Assembly (NCBI RefSeq): GCF_001194135.2
Contig: NC_068997.1
Coordinates: 3,193,859-3,257,858, forward strand
From: Octopus bimaculoides
Lineage: Eukaryota
Reading direction: 5' to 3'
Length of the DNA stretch: 64,000 bases
Part shown: positions 1 through 13,456 of the stretch, piece after piece
How the letters are laid out: each line of letters opens with the position of its first letter
Position numbering within the stretch: the stretch's first letter is position 1
The notes under the pieces: model-generated
Told to the model about the DNA's origin: nothing
Databases searched by the model: none
Seen by the model: the letters and a program-made list of their open reading frames with translations, nothing else
Position numbers and translations under genes: made by a program

Positions 1-402
1 TATCGCAGCTTGTGATATATCAAGCCATGATCAACTTTGTCAAAGGTTTTTGCAAAGTCGAGATATATCACATCAACATTTGAATGGTCAAGTAGCTGCT
101 TCAGGACCCAGTCATAATGCTGTAGGAGCTGCGTGAGGCAGCTTCTACCTGGACGGAAACCATGCTGGGTCTCATTCAGCAAGTCATTTTCTTCTAGGAA
201 CGCAATCGATCTCCTTCTGACAATTCGTTCCATGACTTTGCTAATATGTGAAGTCAGAGAGATGGGCCTGTAGTTCCCAGCCTCTGCTCTGCTTCCGCCT
301 TTATGGATAGGACATATGGTGCTTTCCTTCAGCTTTTTGGGAAGTTTACCATTTGCAAGGAAACTCTGGAAGAGTATCCGGAGTGGTCCTGCTAAGTCTG
401 CG
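1..402 (-). mobile_element. CR1/L2-group non-LTR retrotransposon reverse transcriptase fragment, 5'-truncated, runs off the window edge
   Basis: Manual minus-strand translation is open for about 133 codons: ...PKKLKESTICPIHKGGSRAEAGNYRPISLTSHISKVMERIV...NETQHGFRPGRSCLTQLL...DVIYLDFAKTFDKVDH; NYRPISL, QHGFR and YLDF.K.FD are RT domain 1-3 motifs. Confidence 0.92.
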
Positions 403-1239
403 CTATAGAAAACGGTTTTCATCTTTATATTTACTTATTTTTCTTTTTAGCTGTATGTGATGGATCACTATTATCCCCACCTCTCCAACTAAACAAAAAC
501 TATTTCACATTCTCTCGAAAGTTTACATAGCGCTCATGTCGTCAAAAGTAATAATATATGTGTAAATATTTGCACGTATATGTGTATTTGAATGTATGTA
601 TGTATGTATGTATGTATGTACGTATGTCTCTATGCATGCATGTATGTATGTATGTATGTGTATGTGTGTGTATGCTAACGACTCGGTCATTTGCTAGCTA
701 TGTATTCTGTGACATGCTAAACAGACAATGGATGCCGTGATTAAGTGGTTCCCCCGCCATAAAGAAACAGATAGACACAAACGACATTATTCCATGATTG
801 GCATTTAGGTTATTACACAATTCCCATCCAAATATCCTAATATCACATCTAAAATATATCAAAGACATTGAGAATCGATATCTGACTATATTAATCACTG
901 CCATAACAGAGATTCTGTTAATAATTCACGTCTCCATAGCGTGAGAGGTAATATTCGTTTACATGACAGGAATTTACACTAACCAACTAAATGATACAAA
1001 TAATATTTCTATAATGAATGAAGGAAGCAAGCTATTTATCTCCATCTGCTTAATGTTGGATGATGTCACGTGACATTTCCCTAAACTTGTCAATGATTAA
1101 CTCATTTAAATATTTCCTTTTCTGGTCACAACAAGAACGAAATACTTGTTTAAACACCGTTTCTGCAGGGGTCGTCAGTTTGCTACTTCAAATAATTCTA
1201 TCTAATTTGGCTACAAATTCAGCAATTTGGCGGGGAAGT

Positions 1240-1330
1240 CGATTATATCGATTCTCCTGTCACTGGTATTATGCTTTCGACCATGAAAGGGTGAAAGTTA
1301 AAGCCAACCCCTGTAGAATTTGAACTCAGA
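1240..1330 (-). mobile_element. SINE family A fragment
   Basis: Degenerate reverse complement of the GAGTTCAAATTC...GCTTTCATCCTTTC..GGTCGA core seen in other copies. Confidence 0.6.
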
Positions 1331-1448
1331 ATTTAAATAATCGAAAGAAATCAATATTAGCATGTTTTTCGACGCGCTAACGACTGCACATTTTCGTCTC
1401 CTTCTTACCGGTTTTAACAATTCTTTTAAATTTTGGTACAAGTTCAAA

Positions 1449-1672
1449 GACGGCGAGCTAGCAGAAACGTTAGCATGCCGCATGAAATGCTTAGCGGTAT
1501 TTCGTCTGCCGTTACGTTCTGAGTACAAATTCCGCCAAGGTCGACTTCACCTTTCATCGAGAAATTAAGTACCAGTTACGCACTAGGGTCGATGTAATCG
1601 ACTTAATCCCTTTGTCTGTCCTTGTTTGTCCCCTCTATGTTTAGCCCTTTGTGGGCAATAAAGAAATAAGAA
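1449..1672 (+). mobile_element. tRNA-derived SINE, family A (central domain resembles the MetaSINE-type core)
   Basis: A-box-like GGCGAGCTAGCAGAA, B-box-like GAGTACAAATTCC, then GGTCGACTTCACCTTTCATC..AAGTACCAGTTACGCACTAGGGTCGAT and an A-rich tail; more than 8 related copies in the window. Confidence 0.85.
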
Positions 1673-1679
1673 ACGTAAA

Positions 1680-1870
1680 CACGCCGGGCGAAATGCTTAC
1701 AGGTATTTAGTCTGTCTTTAGGTTCTGAGTTCAAATTCCGCGAAGGTCGACTTTGCCTTGAATCCTTTCGGGGTCGATAACTTAAGTACTAGTTGCGTAC
1801 TGGGGTCGTTCTAATCGACTGCCCCCCTCCTCAAATATTTCGGGGCTTGTGCCTAGAGTAGAAAAGAATT
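1680..1870 (+). mobile_element. SINE family A, tandem second copy
   Basis: GAGTTCAAATTCCGCGAAGGTCGACTTTGCCTTGAATCCTTTCGGGGTCGATAACTTAAGTACTAGTTGCGTACTGGGGTCG. Confidence 0.85.
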
Positions 1871-1907
1871 TTAGCACAAGTTCAGTAATTTCGAGGGGTT
1901 GGATAAT

Positions 1908-2030
1908 TCGATTATAGCGATCTCCTGTACTTGGTTGGTATTATTTTAATGACTCCGAAAAGATGAAAGGTAAAGTGGTGGAATTTGAACTCACAATGTA
2001 CAGAAACTGAAGATATGACGCTAAATATTT
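1908..2030 (-). mobile_element. SINE family A fragment
   Basis: AAAGATGAAAGGTAAAGTGGTGGAATTTGAACTCACAA is the reverse complement of the family A B-box and core. Confidence 0.6.
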
Positions 2031-2384
2031 ATTTTGTCACGCAAATGATCCTACCAGTTCCACGCCTTCTTGCTGCTTTTAATATTTTTTTTCATTCTGC
2101 TATAAGTCTAACGACTGACGTTTATACATCAGCCCCCAATGATCAACTGGTACCCTTGACCATCAAGTAATTTTGTGTATCAGAGCCTGCGTTCACCAGT
2201 GTGTCTTTTTCATAATTTTTATAGACGGTATGATATAATTTCGATAGAAACTTCACAGCTATTTCTGACAGAACAGTCGACTGTGTACAGACTGTTTACG
2301 GGTTTGCAGATGCCAAATGTTTTGGACTAAATGCCAATAACCTGCACAGGTAAACAAAACTATTGAAAATTTAGTAGAAAAAAA

Positions 2385-2506
2385 GGCGTGTCTGTGTGGT
2401 GCCAGGTTCAGATCCATTTCGTGGCACCTTGAACAAGTTTCTTCTACTATAGTTTCCGGTCCTTGTGAGTGGATTAGATAGACGGTAACAGAGAGAAGTC
2501 TGTCGT

Positions 2507-2571
<65 letters not shown>

Positions 2572-3095
2572 NNNNNNNNNNNNNNNNNNNNNNNNNNNNN
2601 NNNNNNNNNNNNNNNNNNNNNNNNNNNNNNNNNNNNNNNNNNNNNNNNNNNNNNNNNNNNNNNNNNNNNNNNNNNNNNNNNNNNNNNNNNNNNNNNNNNN
2701 NNNNNNNNNNNNNNNNNNNNNNNNNNCCCCCACCAGCTGGACGGGACGCCAGTCCATCGCAGCTTTACACAAGAAACAGGAAGAAAGAGTGAGAGAAAGT
2801 TGGAGCCTCGTGGGGCTTAGGTGTTTTCGCTCAATAAACACTCACAACACCCGGTCTGAGAATCGAAACCGCGATCCTCCGACCACGAGTCCGCTGCCCT
2901 AACCACTGGGCCATTGCGCCTTCACATCGGTATGTTTACGCCCTCTAAATTAGCGGTTCGTCAAAAGAGATGGGTAAAATAGATAGCAGGCTTTATGAAA
3001 TAAGCAATGGGGTCGAAACATTCGACTAAAACCCCTCAAAGCAGTGCTCCAGCATGGCTGCACTCCGATGACTAAAGCAAATAAAAGAAAAAAAA
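2385..3095 (+). mobile_element. SINE family B (CORE-like head, internal microsatellite, 3' module), interrupted by a gap and a family C SINE
   Basis: Head GGCGTGTCTGTGTGG..GGCACCTTGAACAAGTTTCTTCTACTATAG at 2385-2507; 3' module TTAGCGGTTCG..GGGGTCGA..TTCGACTAAAACCC..GTGCTCCAGCATGGC at about 2930-3095. Confidence 0.75.
2727..2925 (-). mobile_element. tRNA-derived SINE family C (V-SINE-like GCGATGGACTGGCGTCCCGTCCAG motif)
   Basis: Reverse complement reads GGCGCAATGGCCCAGTGGTTAGGGCAGCGGACTC..GGTTTCGATTC (A/B boxes); near-matches the copy at 17742-18050. Confidence 0.85.
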
Positions 3096-3106
3096 TGTAT
3101 TGTTTT

Positions 3107-3410
3107 TGTTGTTGTTATTGTTGCTGCAGTTGCTGCTGCAGTTGCTGCTGCAGTTGCTGCTGCAGTTGTTGCTGCAGTTACTGCTGCAGTTGCTGCTGCT
3201 GCTGTTGCTGCTGTGGTTAGATTTACTGTTGTTAGCGCTTCAGTCGTTGTCATAACTGCTGCAGGATTTTTCTCGCTGCTGCTGCTTCTCTTACTCCTGG
3301 TTTGCAATTATTATTATTGTTGTTGCTGTTGTTGTCATTCTTGCAGTTGTTGTTATTACTACTGTTGCTGCTGCTGTTGTTGTTGTCGTTGTCATTTCAC
3401 TGCAGCTCAG
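3107..3410. repeat. Compound GTT/GCT/GCA trinucleotide repeat with a 12-bp GTTGCTGCTGCA sub-array
   Basis: Read directly from the sequence. Confidence 0.9.
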
Positions 3411-3641
3411 CTGTTATTCTTAAGACCTATAATCAAATCCATTTCATGCATGACTATTCATCTTTGTATTTTCTTTCAGATAAATTGTATTTATAAATAT
3501 ATTGCCCCAGCCTGGCTGCTGCATTAGGGCTTAAACACGTAAAGGATTAAGAGAAGGAATAAACGTATTCTTCCTTTTCCAGGATGTTAGAATGCGATGT
3601 AAGGGGGATGTTGTCCTACTATCTATCTATCTGTCTATCTA

Positions 3642-3686
<45 letters not shown>

Positions 3687-4100
3687 CAAATAATAAATGA
3701 GTATATGCATATATACGTACAGGTATGTGCATACCTACGTCTACCTGTATATATAGTTGCATATCTGGGCACAGCACATTGCAAACAAAACGTAGACAAA
3801 AAAATAATAATATCTTGAGTACAGAACACACACAGGCCACATAGAGAACATTTTCCTTCATCAGCTACCTCCATTCTAACACAGGCGTTTCGAAGAGTAG
3901 GGCAGGACGCATCGTTAAAATGGCTCTTCCCATGGATCACAAATTAAATTTGTATACACAAATTAAACTGTACCGTGGAGGAATGTAGTGGAGGACAGAA
4001 AACAAGACAGGAAAACAAACGGAAAAGAAAACAAGACAGGAAAGCGAATGGAAAAGGCTATACGGCCAGACGTGAAAAATTATGTATGTGGAACGCTGTG

Positions 4101-4179
<79 letters not shown>

Positions 4180-4506
4180 AGGAGACCACTGGGTGGACTG
4201 TTAATGTGCCAGAAGAAGATCACATGTAATGTGTCTACTAAGACACATTAGGAAATTCAGCGAAGTAACAAAAACGTATACGGGCAAGGCAAGTGAAAAT
4301 TGCATAAATATATACAGTTATCTGCAAACTAGTTTCGAAATCAACATTTTCTTACCGAAAATATCTGTATCTCCTCAGTACAGGCCACTAAATAAATATA
4401 ATTCTCAGAATCGTATACTAGTTGTTCCCCACGAATGAGGCACGTGTACACGGTTCTGTTAATTATATTCATGGTAAGATTCAAAAGTCTATAGATAGAT
4501 AGATGT

Positions 4507-4580
<74 letters not shown>

Positions 4581-5623
4581 TGTGTGTCTGTGTTTGTCTG
4601 TGTGTGTCTGTGTGTGTCTGTGTGTTCGTGTGTATGTGTAGCTATGTGAGGCCGGTTTTGAAGTCTCTCACGAGCGCTACAGGCAACATGGAATCCTGTA
4701 TAATCTGTTGAATGGTTGGGTTGTCGGTGTCTAAACAGGCACCTGCACCAGGTTAGCTTGGCGGGGAGGGTTTCTAGAAGCTCAGCAGGACTAAAATCAA
4801 AACCTGCCAAAAGGAAAGATGAACGCAGTGTAGGTTCATTGACTATCTGGCTGTATCACGGTCATTCAGAATTTTGGTATTGGTGTTTGACGTGCGAGAA
4901 GCCAACAGGAAGAGAGAAGGTCACTCTGATATAAAACCGAATATACAAGGAATGGTATTGGATATCTGTGAATCTTTTCCTTACGCATGAGATCATTGCT
5001 CAATGAGAGACTCAGATTGGTACTAGATATATTGCCTCGCCTTTTCGCTAGCTAATGTTAATAGGGTGAGAGGGCTTACGAGGTGTCGTGCAAGCCTTAC
5101 TAGATACAAAATTTTGCATGAACAATGGTCGGTGATGGTCTTCTTCAGTCACGGTTGGATACACATCATATACATAGCAAATACATAAACAGCAAAGAAA
5201 CGAGATGAAATAAAATAGAGTGTATTAGGCTTACGCTCATAAAATAGAAATTAGAAGGAAAAGTATTTTATGTTTCCAGCAAAAACTCAGCTTCTGAAAC
5301 AAGAGGACAAACTAGAAAAGAAGAAAATGTGTATACATACATACATACATACATTCGTACATACATACAAAAATACATACATTCATACATACATTCATAC
5401 ATACATACATAACTTATTTTAACGGGTGTAAGGAAAACTTTTTTTTCATAAATTAGGTTATAAATGGATAGTATTATAATCCTTTACAAAACCTTTTTCC
5501 AAAATTTAAGCCCATAAAATTAGGGTATTCCTTGTACACAAGGGTGCTTTATACACGTTAAAATACAGTATATATTTGTATTTATAATATATGCATACAC
5601 ATACACACACACATATATATATG

Positions 5624-5657
<34 letters not shown>

Positions 5658-6095
5658 CGTGTGTGTGGGTGGGTGGGTGGTTGTGGGTGTGGGTGTGTGT
5701 GTATGCATGTATGTATGTATACATGTGTATGTACATAAATATCCTTTGCATATATCTATAAATATCTATATATGTCTACATACGCATTTGAATGAGTGTG
5801 TGATGCATATATATATATATATATATATATATANNNNNNNNNNNNNNNNNNNNNNNNNNNNNNNNNNNNNNNNNNNNNNNNNNNNNNNNNNNNNNNNNNN
5901 NNNNNNNNNNNNNNNNNNNNNNNNNNNNNNNNNNNNNNNNNNNNNNNNNNNNNNNNNNNNNNNNNNNNNNNNNNNNNNNAAGCCCATAAAATTAGGGTAT
6001 TCCTTGTACACAAGGGTGCTTTATACACGTTAAAATACAGTATATATTTGTATTTATAATATATGCATACACATACACACACACATATATATATG

Positions 6096-6126
<31 letters not shown>

Positions 6127-8413
6127 ATATATCATACAAATGAGACTATTTACAAGTGAACAGACGTTAAGTAAATACAAAGATAAGTAAATAAATAAAA
6201 TATTGATTGATTAATTGTATAGGAAATATGAATTAGTAATTTTTTCCTCTTTCTCATTTTCGTTTTGATTCTCTAACATAATATTTAGGAATATTAAATT
6301 TAAATCGTATCGATAAATATTTTAAGCTAAATATTTAGAGAAATATTCTTTTGTCACATTAACTTGTTTTTCATATTCATCAAAGAGAAACAAAATTCCG
6401 TTGAATTTCTCCTTCTCTCTCTCCACCACTCTCTCTTTCTCTATATTTCACTATCTTTATCTTTCTCTGTTTCTTTTCCTTTTTGTCTATTCTATTATTT
6501 TTCTCAGTTTGTACGGAGAAATAAGTCACATAGTGTCTGCACTTTGATCAAGCATTAATATTTTCTAATGTATATTATTTATCTTAAGCAGAAGAGCGGC
6601 AAAGCAAAACAAAAATTATATATATACAGAATAATAAATAATAGTAAATAAAACTAAGTCAAGCAAAATGAAAACGAGTCCAAAATATACAATAACCTAC
6701 TTCTACTGAAGATAATGGACATATTGTTTTGAACATAAGAAATTATTGGATATTCGAGAGAATCATTATTTTATTCTACTATTTTCCTTTCTTTAAGTGA
6801 TTACTACCCAGCCAAACTTATTGCTGATGTTTTCCAGATAATAAACATAAATATTGTATAGAACTTAGAATGGTTATGCGGCTTTCCACTATCTACCCAA
6901 AACGAAAACGTTCAAGTTATATATATATATATATATATTCATAAAACACAAATAAAAGTTGCACATATATTAGACTGGTATATGATGCAATAAATATGAA
7001 ATATTAGCAAGAGATGAAAAGGCAGGAAGCGACGAATTTGCGCGTCAGAAAAGTGTTAAATGAAATGCCGCATGGTGTTTTCTTCTCTCGAGAGAAGAAA
7101 ACACCACTGAATTCTCAGATCCCTAGATTTCAGTGTCATTCAGCTAGTGCTCTCATATATGCTTCATATAGTTAACCCCACTTGAATAGAGGATCGCTTC
7201 TGATGACAATACAACCTTAATTTACCAAAAACCACATCCCAAAGACAAAACATTTCAGCCCATAACAGCTGTTAACACACTACAATGCTCAGGTGAGACT
7301 CGCAATGGAGTCTTAACTATTAAATTAAGTCGTTTCGTTTGATATAGTGTGTATAGACAAAGTGAAGGAGAAATAGGACAGATTTTTTACGATATGGATT
7401 CACAAGCTACTTTTCCAGTGGTTGAGTTAACAATGGACTAATCGGAACTAGCGTTAATCAAAATTCTAGTCGGGTTTTGATTCTAAATGCCCATTAGCAA
7501 TATATATTTTACAGAACATTTAGTATTAAAATTTTAAAAATCATAAGAAAAGGCGCAGATTTTTAGGGCTTAATTTTCAGTGAAATTTAGGTATTTTTTT
7601 GGTCATGCACAGATGGAAAACACAAGCACACACATACACACACACACACTCACACACGCATACACACACATCTACACACACGTGCACGTATATTCACGCA
7701 CACATACACATAGGCACACACATATCCAGTTATTTGTAATGAAGAATCTCATAAGATATCGCGTTTGAAATTATCATTAAAGAAATCTCAACGTGGCAGA
7801 GGTCGAAGATCAACCAGGTGGAGGTAATTTAGTTTCCAGGCAACTCGTACCGAAGCGGTAATTGGGAACCAGATCCCTAATCTAAGGAAATAGTTGATAG
7901 ATTAACAGGGTTTCCCATAATTACACTTGTCCAATTTACAAACCAGTGGCATTAATTAACAGAGAAGTGAAGATTAAGTTACGAACTGATTATTTTCGTC
8001 ACGAAAGTAGCAGAACAGTGTTAACAAGGGAAGAGTAAATAACACTGTTTGATAAAGAGGATAGAAAATCAGAACCAGCGCCATAACAGCACTTCACTGG
8101 ATTAACACTTTGTGGAGAAAGGAGACCGATAAAACTCACACTTTATTGAAGGCTCATTGAGCTGCTAATAGCTAAATCTCTCTTAAATTATATCATAACA
8201 ATTTATAAAAAAAGAACATATTCAACATTAATAAACCTTTATGCATACATAAATACACACACAGACACACACACACACACACACACGCACACACACACAC
8301 ACACACACAAACATATATATTTATATATAGACTTCCCAAAATAAACACATTTAGTACCGAATGCGAGGAAAAACAACCAACAGAAGAAGACCAACTTTCT
8401 TTTAAATAACTCA

Positions 8414-8475
8414 ACTATGTATCGACCGATTTCGCGATTACTAGAATGAATCTAGACTCCGCTCATCAGCATAGT
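8414..8475 (-). ncRNA. Type I hammerhead ribozyme (Penelope pLTR-type)
   Basis: Minus strand: ACTATG-CTGATGA-GCG-GAGT-CTAGA-TTCAT-TCTAG-TAAT-CGC-GAAA-TCGGTCGA-TA-CATAGT. Stem I ACTATG/CATAGT, core CUGAUGA and GAAA, stem II GCG/CGC plus CTAGA/TCTAG, short stem III ATCG-GT-CGAT, AUA cleavage triplet. Confidence 0.85.
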
Positions 8476-9221
8476 ATTGTTTAGGAAAAACATATACAAA
8501 TAAACAGAATTCTCACGTTACCAAAAACGAACACTCCCCGTATCCGACCAAGCAAAGCGAATGAAGTTTATCTGTATAAATCTTCAACAAAGAAGCGGGA
8601 AAACTACTGGGTTGTTTTGGCACACGTTTTAAGACAGGAATAAAAAAATTCAGCATTGAATATATTTCGTATATATATTTGATTAATAAATTCAAAAAGG
8701 GATAAAATCTTTTTATATATATATTGAAGATAAAGAAAAATGAAAATGCCACTTTTTAAAAAAATTTGTGTTTTAATTAATTTACATTACATGCTACGGT
8801 TTTTTTGGAAAGCCTTATCAAAAATGAGTATAAAATATGTGAGAAGAGAAGAGGGCTATTAATAAAATAAAACTGAAATTAAAATTAAGAATGACATTCA
8901 TAGTTTACTGTTATTTCTTGCATGCGCACGTGGTCCTTTTGTTCAGTTCTTGAGGTATGGTAAGTTCAACTCGCTGCGATAGTAAATTACAACTATCTGT
9001 TTTTGTAAATTAAATAGTGGTCAAGACTTGATTTCTAGGAGTGGCTGCAGCCGTCGAATAACCAGCAGCAGTAATAATAATAACAACAGTAGTAGTGATG
9101 AAATTGTTCCCCTGTGGTTTTCATAGAAATTGGCTTCTTCGATCCCCTTTGCTTATTTCTTATGAATAACTTGCAAATCCATNNNNNNNNNNCATAAATA
9201 TATATGAAAGTCTCAGTGTTG

Positions 9222-9845
9222 CTAGTTTAGAAAATTTAGACTCGGTCGGTATTTTCTTATGAAATGTATTTCCTTGCTAATGCGTTCATTTTGACTAGCA
9301 TTGTTTTTGAATTTGTATAGTGGAAACGTTGTGAATTTGGGAAATTTGTTGTAAGCACATTCGTCGATGTGCTGGCTGAGAGGTATTTTCCTGTTTTCTG
9401 GGATCTTAATTTGAGATTTGTGCACTGCCATCCTCTGACGTACGCTGTTTTTTTTTTTGTGTGTCCAATATATTGCCGTTTGCATCCAGAGCATGTTATT
9501 AGGTAGATCATGTTCTCTGATGTACATGTAAAATTAGTTTTTATTGTGAAATTCATGGCCTTGTTCTGATTGGTGTTCCGATCCTTCTATTACGTCGAAA
9601 CAAATCCTACAGTTGGGTCTCCCGCATTTTTTTTAATGTTGGTTTAGTGGTTATTGTTGAGTGTAATTTGGCCTGGGTTAAAATCTTTTCCATTGATTTT
9701 GGTTGCCTCTTACTTTTGATGATTGTATGTGTTTTGAGGATTTGGTTCATCCTTGGGTCTTTCTTGAGCAGAGCTGTTCTGTGGAGTATATTGTTGAATT
9801 CCTCATTGTTGTGTGGGTTGTGTGCAGATGTAAGGCAAGGTTTTT
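9222..9845 (-). mobile_element. Penelope-like element 3' ORF remnant: linker plus GIY-YIG endonuclease, frameshifted
   Basis: LPYISAHNPHN..KSKRQPKSMEKILTQAK..KKCGRPNCRIC, then NFTCTSENMIYLITCSGCKRQYIGHT, a frameshift in a poly-T run, then RQRMAVHKSQIK..KEIHFIRKYRPSLN*. Confidence 0.9.
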
Positions 9846-11163
9846 AACTTTTTAACCACATGCCTCCTCAATCGGAGCCGATCTTTTGTCTAGACAACAC
9901 CAACGATAGCAAGTATAGACTAAGAAGACCAACTATGAATTTCAATGATCATCTTTCAAAAGCTATTTAGATTTTGAAGGAATAAAATCAATTTTAATAT
10001 ACAGTAATATATATATACATATATATATATATANNNNNNNNNNNNNNNNNNNNNNNNNNNNNNNNNNNNNNNNNNNNNNNNNNNNNNNNNNNNNNNNNNN
10101 NNNNNNNNNNNNNNNNNNNNNNNNNNNNNNNNNNNNNNNNNNNNNNNNNNNNNNNNNNNNNNNNNNNNNNNNNNNNNNNNNNNNNNNNNNNNNNNNNNNN
10201 NNNNNNNNNNNNNNNNNNNNNNNNNNNNNNNNNNNNNNNNNNNNNNNNNNNNNNNNNNNNNNNNNNNNNNNNNNNNNNNNNNNNNNNNNNNNNNNNNNNN
10301 NNNNNNNNNNNNNNNNNNNNNNNNNNNNNNNNNNNNNNNNNNNNNNNNNNNNNNNNNNNNNNNNNNNNNNNNNNNNNNNNNNNNNNNNNNNNNNNNNNNN
10401 NNNNNNNNNNNNNNNNNNNNNNNNNNNNNNNNNNNNNNNNNNNNNNNNNNNNNNNNNNNNNNNNNNNNNNNNNNNNNNNNNNNNNNNNNNNNNNNNNNNN
10501 NNNNNNNNNNNNNNNNNNNNNNNNNNNNNNNNNNNNNNNNNNNNNNNNNNNNNNNNNNNNNNNNNNNNNNNNNNNNNNNNNNNNNNNNNNNNNNNNNNNN
10601 NNNNNNNNNNNNNNNNNNNNNNNNNNNNNNNNNNNNNNNNNNNNNNNNNNNNNNNNNNNNNNNNNNNNNNNNNNNNNNNNNNNNNNNNNNNNNNNNNNNN
10701 ATATATATATATATATATAAATCTGGATAAATGTATTTCCATATGCATAAACAATTTGAATATACATTACAACAGAAAGAACGGAAAACATGTTATAGAT
10801 ATATTTGGTTTTATGATGTGGCTTGTATTATAAAGCTGTGCAATTAGAAACTTGACTAATTCGATTTTAAATATCTCTAACGTTTTATTCCGAGTACTTA
10901 GATGTAATTATAAGCTTTTTCATCACGGAGATATAGGATTTTAAATATGTCATGTCCATGATTGTGTGTTGTTCTGACGAAAACTGATACATATATAATT
11001 CATAGATCGTACAGTACATGACTTTATTACTCTATGGATGGTAAAAAAAGTAATCTATGTATTTAGTAGCATTCTGAATATATATTACTACACAAATAAG
11101 CCTAATACTGTCTGTCTGTCTATCTATTGCTCTCTCTCTCTCCCTCTCTCTCCTCCATCTCTT

Positions 11164-11195
<32 letters not shown>

Positions 11196-11221
11196 ACTCG
11201 CTCTCTTTCACTCTCTCTCTC

Positions 11222-11260
<39 letters not shown>

Positions 11261-11287
11261 GTATATATATATATATATATATATATA

Positions 11288-11530
11288 GATAGCTTAGCGG
11301 TTCGGGTGTTGCACTCATGATTGCGAGATCTTGGGTTCGATTCCCAGACTGGGCGTTGCGTTGTGTTCTTAAGCAAAGCGCTTCATTTCACGTTTCTCTG
11401 CGATGATTTCGACATCTGACGTGTGGTAACCCAGCTGCATCTGTACAGGTAATGTCGATTTGAAGGATGGAGTAAGCTTATGTCTACACAAACATCTGAT
11501 CACTATAAACAAATTATGTGCGAGGCTGTT
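11288..11530 (+). mobile_element. tRNA-derived SINE family D
   Basis: AGCTTAGCGGTT..GGTTCGATTCCC boxes; body CTGACGTGTGGT..CTGATCACTATAAACAAAT is shared with 38385-38605. Confidence 0.8.
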
Positions 11531-11545
11531 TGGTTAGAAATTGTC

Positions 11546-11734
11546 GAACCTTTATACGTTTCTTCCGGAGTTTTGTTTCGATGAGGAGGTTTTCCCCTCT
11601 TTCTCAAAGGTTACTATTACTTTCGAGACAGTACTTCTTGATACACCAAACATTTTGAGTGTTTTCGTTACGCTAGCGCCTGCCATACGAGCACCAACAA
11701 TTCGACCTCTTTGAAAGTCTGTTAGATCGGTCAT
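11546..11734 (-). mobile_element. Tc1 transposase N-terminal HTH fragment
   Basis: MTDLTDFQRGRIVGARMAGASVTKTLKMFGVSRSTVSKV..EKEGKTSSSKQNSGR is a typical Tc1 paired-like HTH. Confidence 0.85.
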
Positions 11735-12726
11735 TTTAATGAATTTTAATTACCTCTTTGTAATGTTATCTGAGAAGAATCAGCATTTTTTTGTAAAACG
11801 TATTAAGCAACATTAATAATAAATCAAAAAACAAAAACATAAGCTTTTGACGGTTTCATAGATATTTCAAAATTACGATGCTATGATGCTAGGTGTTTCC
11901 ATTGTTTTATCCATCCCCTGTGTGTGTNNNNNNNNNNNNNNNNNNNNNNNNNNNNNNNNNNNNNNNNNNNNNNNNNNNNNNNNNNNNNNNNNNNNNNNNN
12001 NNNNNNNNNNNNNNNNNNNNNNNNNNNNNNNNNNNNNNNNNNNNNNNNNNNNNNNNNNNNNNNNNNNNNNNNNNNNNNNNNNNNNNNNNATATATATATA
12101 TATATATAAAGGATGTGCTATAATACTTTTCCACAGCCATACAAACCATCCAACATACCACCATCATCAGCTGCCCCACGGATATCATTATGGTTTCGAC
12201 ACCTGGGCAGTACCATTCAATCCGGTGGTGTCAACAGCACTAAAATAAGTATTGTTTTGGAACAAACAAACCAAAGAAACCAAAACTTTCTAACACATTT
12301 TACCTTATGTACAACCGTAACGATAAATAAACTGAATGAGTAAATTACAATTACTCCAAAATACGTAATTAATCATTGACAACTCTGTTAAGTCATACAA
12401 AAATTATAATCCCTAGCGTCTTCTGTAGTATAACATAAAAGTAAAAGCTTAATAACCACATTATTTCAATCAATCAATATAGAGGCAGTATTAAACTCTA
12501 ACCTTAATAAAACTAGAACAAAGTAACTTATAAACCAATGTACATTGTATCGGTATTAATAGTAAACTGCAATAACTAAATTATATACTAAATGGCGATG
12601 AGTCTTTAAATCCATTTAAATAATAATGCTACCGGTCTTTCATAGATACTATAATGAAAGTTCCTGCCTTAAAAATATTTTCCAAAACAAAACACGATTG
12701 AAATTTATTTAACGAATACATATAAC

Positions 12727-12801
<75 letters not shown>

Positions 12802-13413
12802 AGTTTCAACTTGTTTCTTGACATTAAAACCGGTGTTCGTCTGTGTTTAATCTCCTAAAACTCGGAAGAGCTGCAAGTACGAGAGTTATAATGTTTAGTT
12901 CATATAACTAACCCCTTATTAAGTAGATGAAACAGCCTGAAGCAGGAATGGAAGCCAAAACTAACAAAGCACTTAAAACTATCGCAAACCTCATCACTTA
13001 CTGACTTGGTGTGTAATCATGTGATACAATAATCAGTTATCTACTTCAATCTCCCTTATTGAACTGATGATAGATTTAAATTATCTTTACTTTCCTTCGT
13101 ATACCAGCTTCTATTTCCATAGCAGATTACTAGGAAGAGGGCTGGCAAAGTTTGGTGGAATCTCCGGAGATTTACTCCAAGACAGGACAAACTTCTAATG
13201 TTTAGAGAATTAATATCACCAGTTCTACATTCCTCACATCAATTTCGAGAATTACAATTCATTCTTCAGCTTTCTGTCTTTCTCAATCTGGCCATTTACT
13301 CTTTTTTTTTATCTCTTCCTTTCTCACTCTCTTACACACTTTTTCTTCATCATTTTCTCTTTTCACCCCCACATATATCTGTCTCTATATGCGTGTGAGT
13401 GTGTACAAGTGTG

Positions 13414-13456
<43 letters not shown>

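Noticed and set aside
5508-6113. Identical direct repeat of about 133 bp (5508-5640 and 5980-6113)
   Set aside because: The copies lie on either side of an N gap and end in (TA)n, so this is most likely an uncollapsed contig overlap.
12332-12366. CTGAAT-GAGTAA/TTACTC-CAAAA hairpin resembling a hammerhead
   Set aside because: Both core segments are altered and no stem I can be formed.
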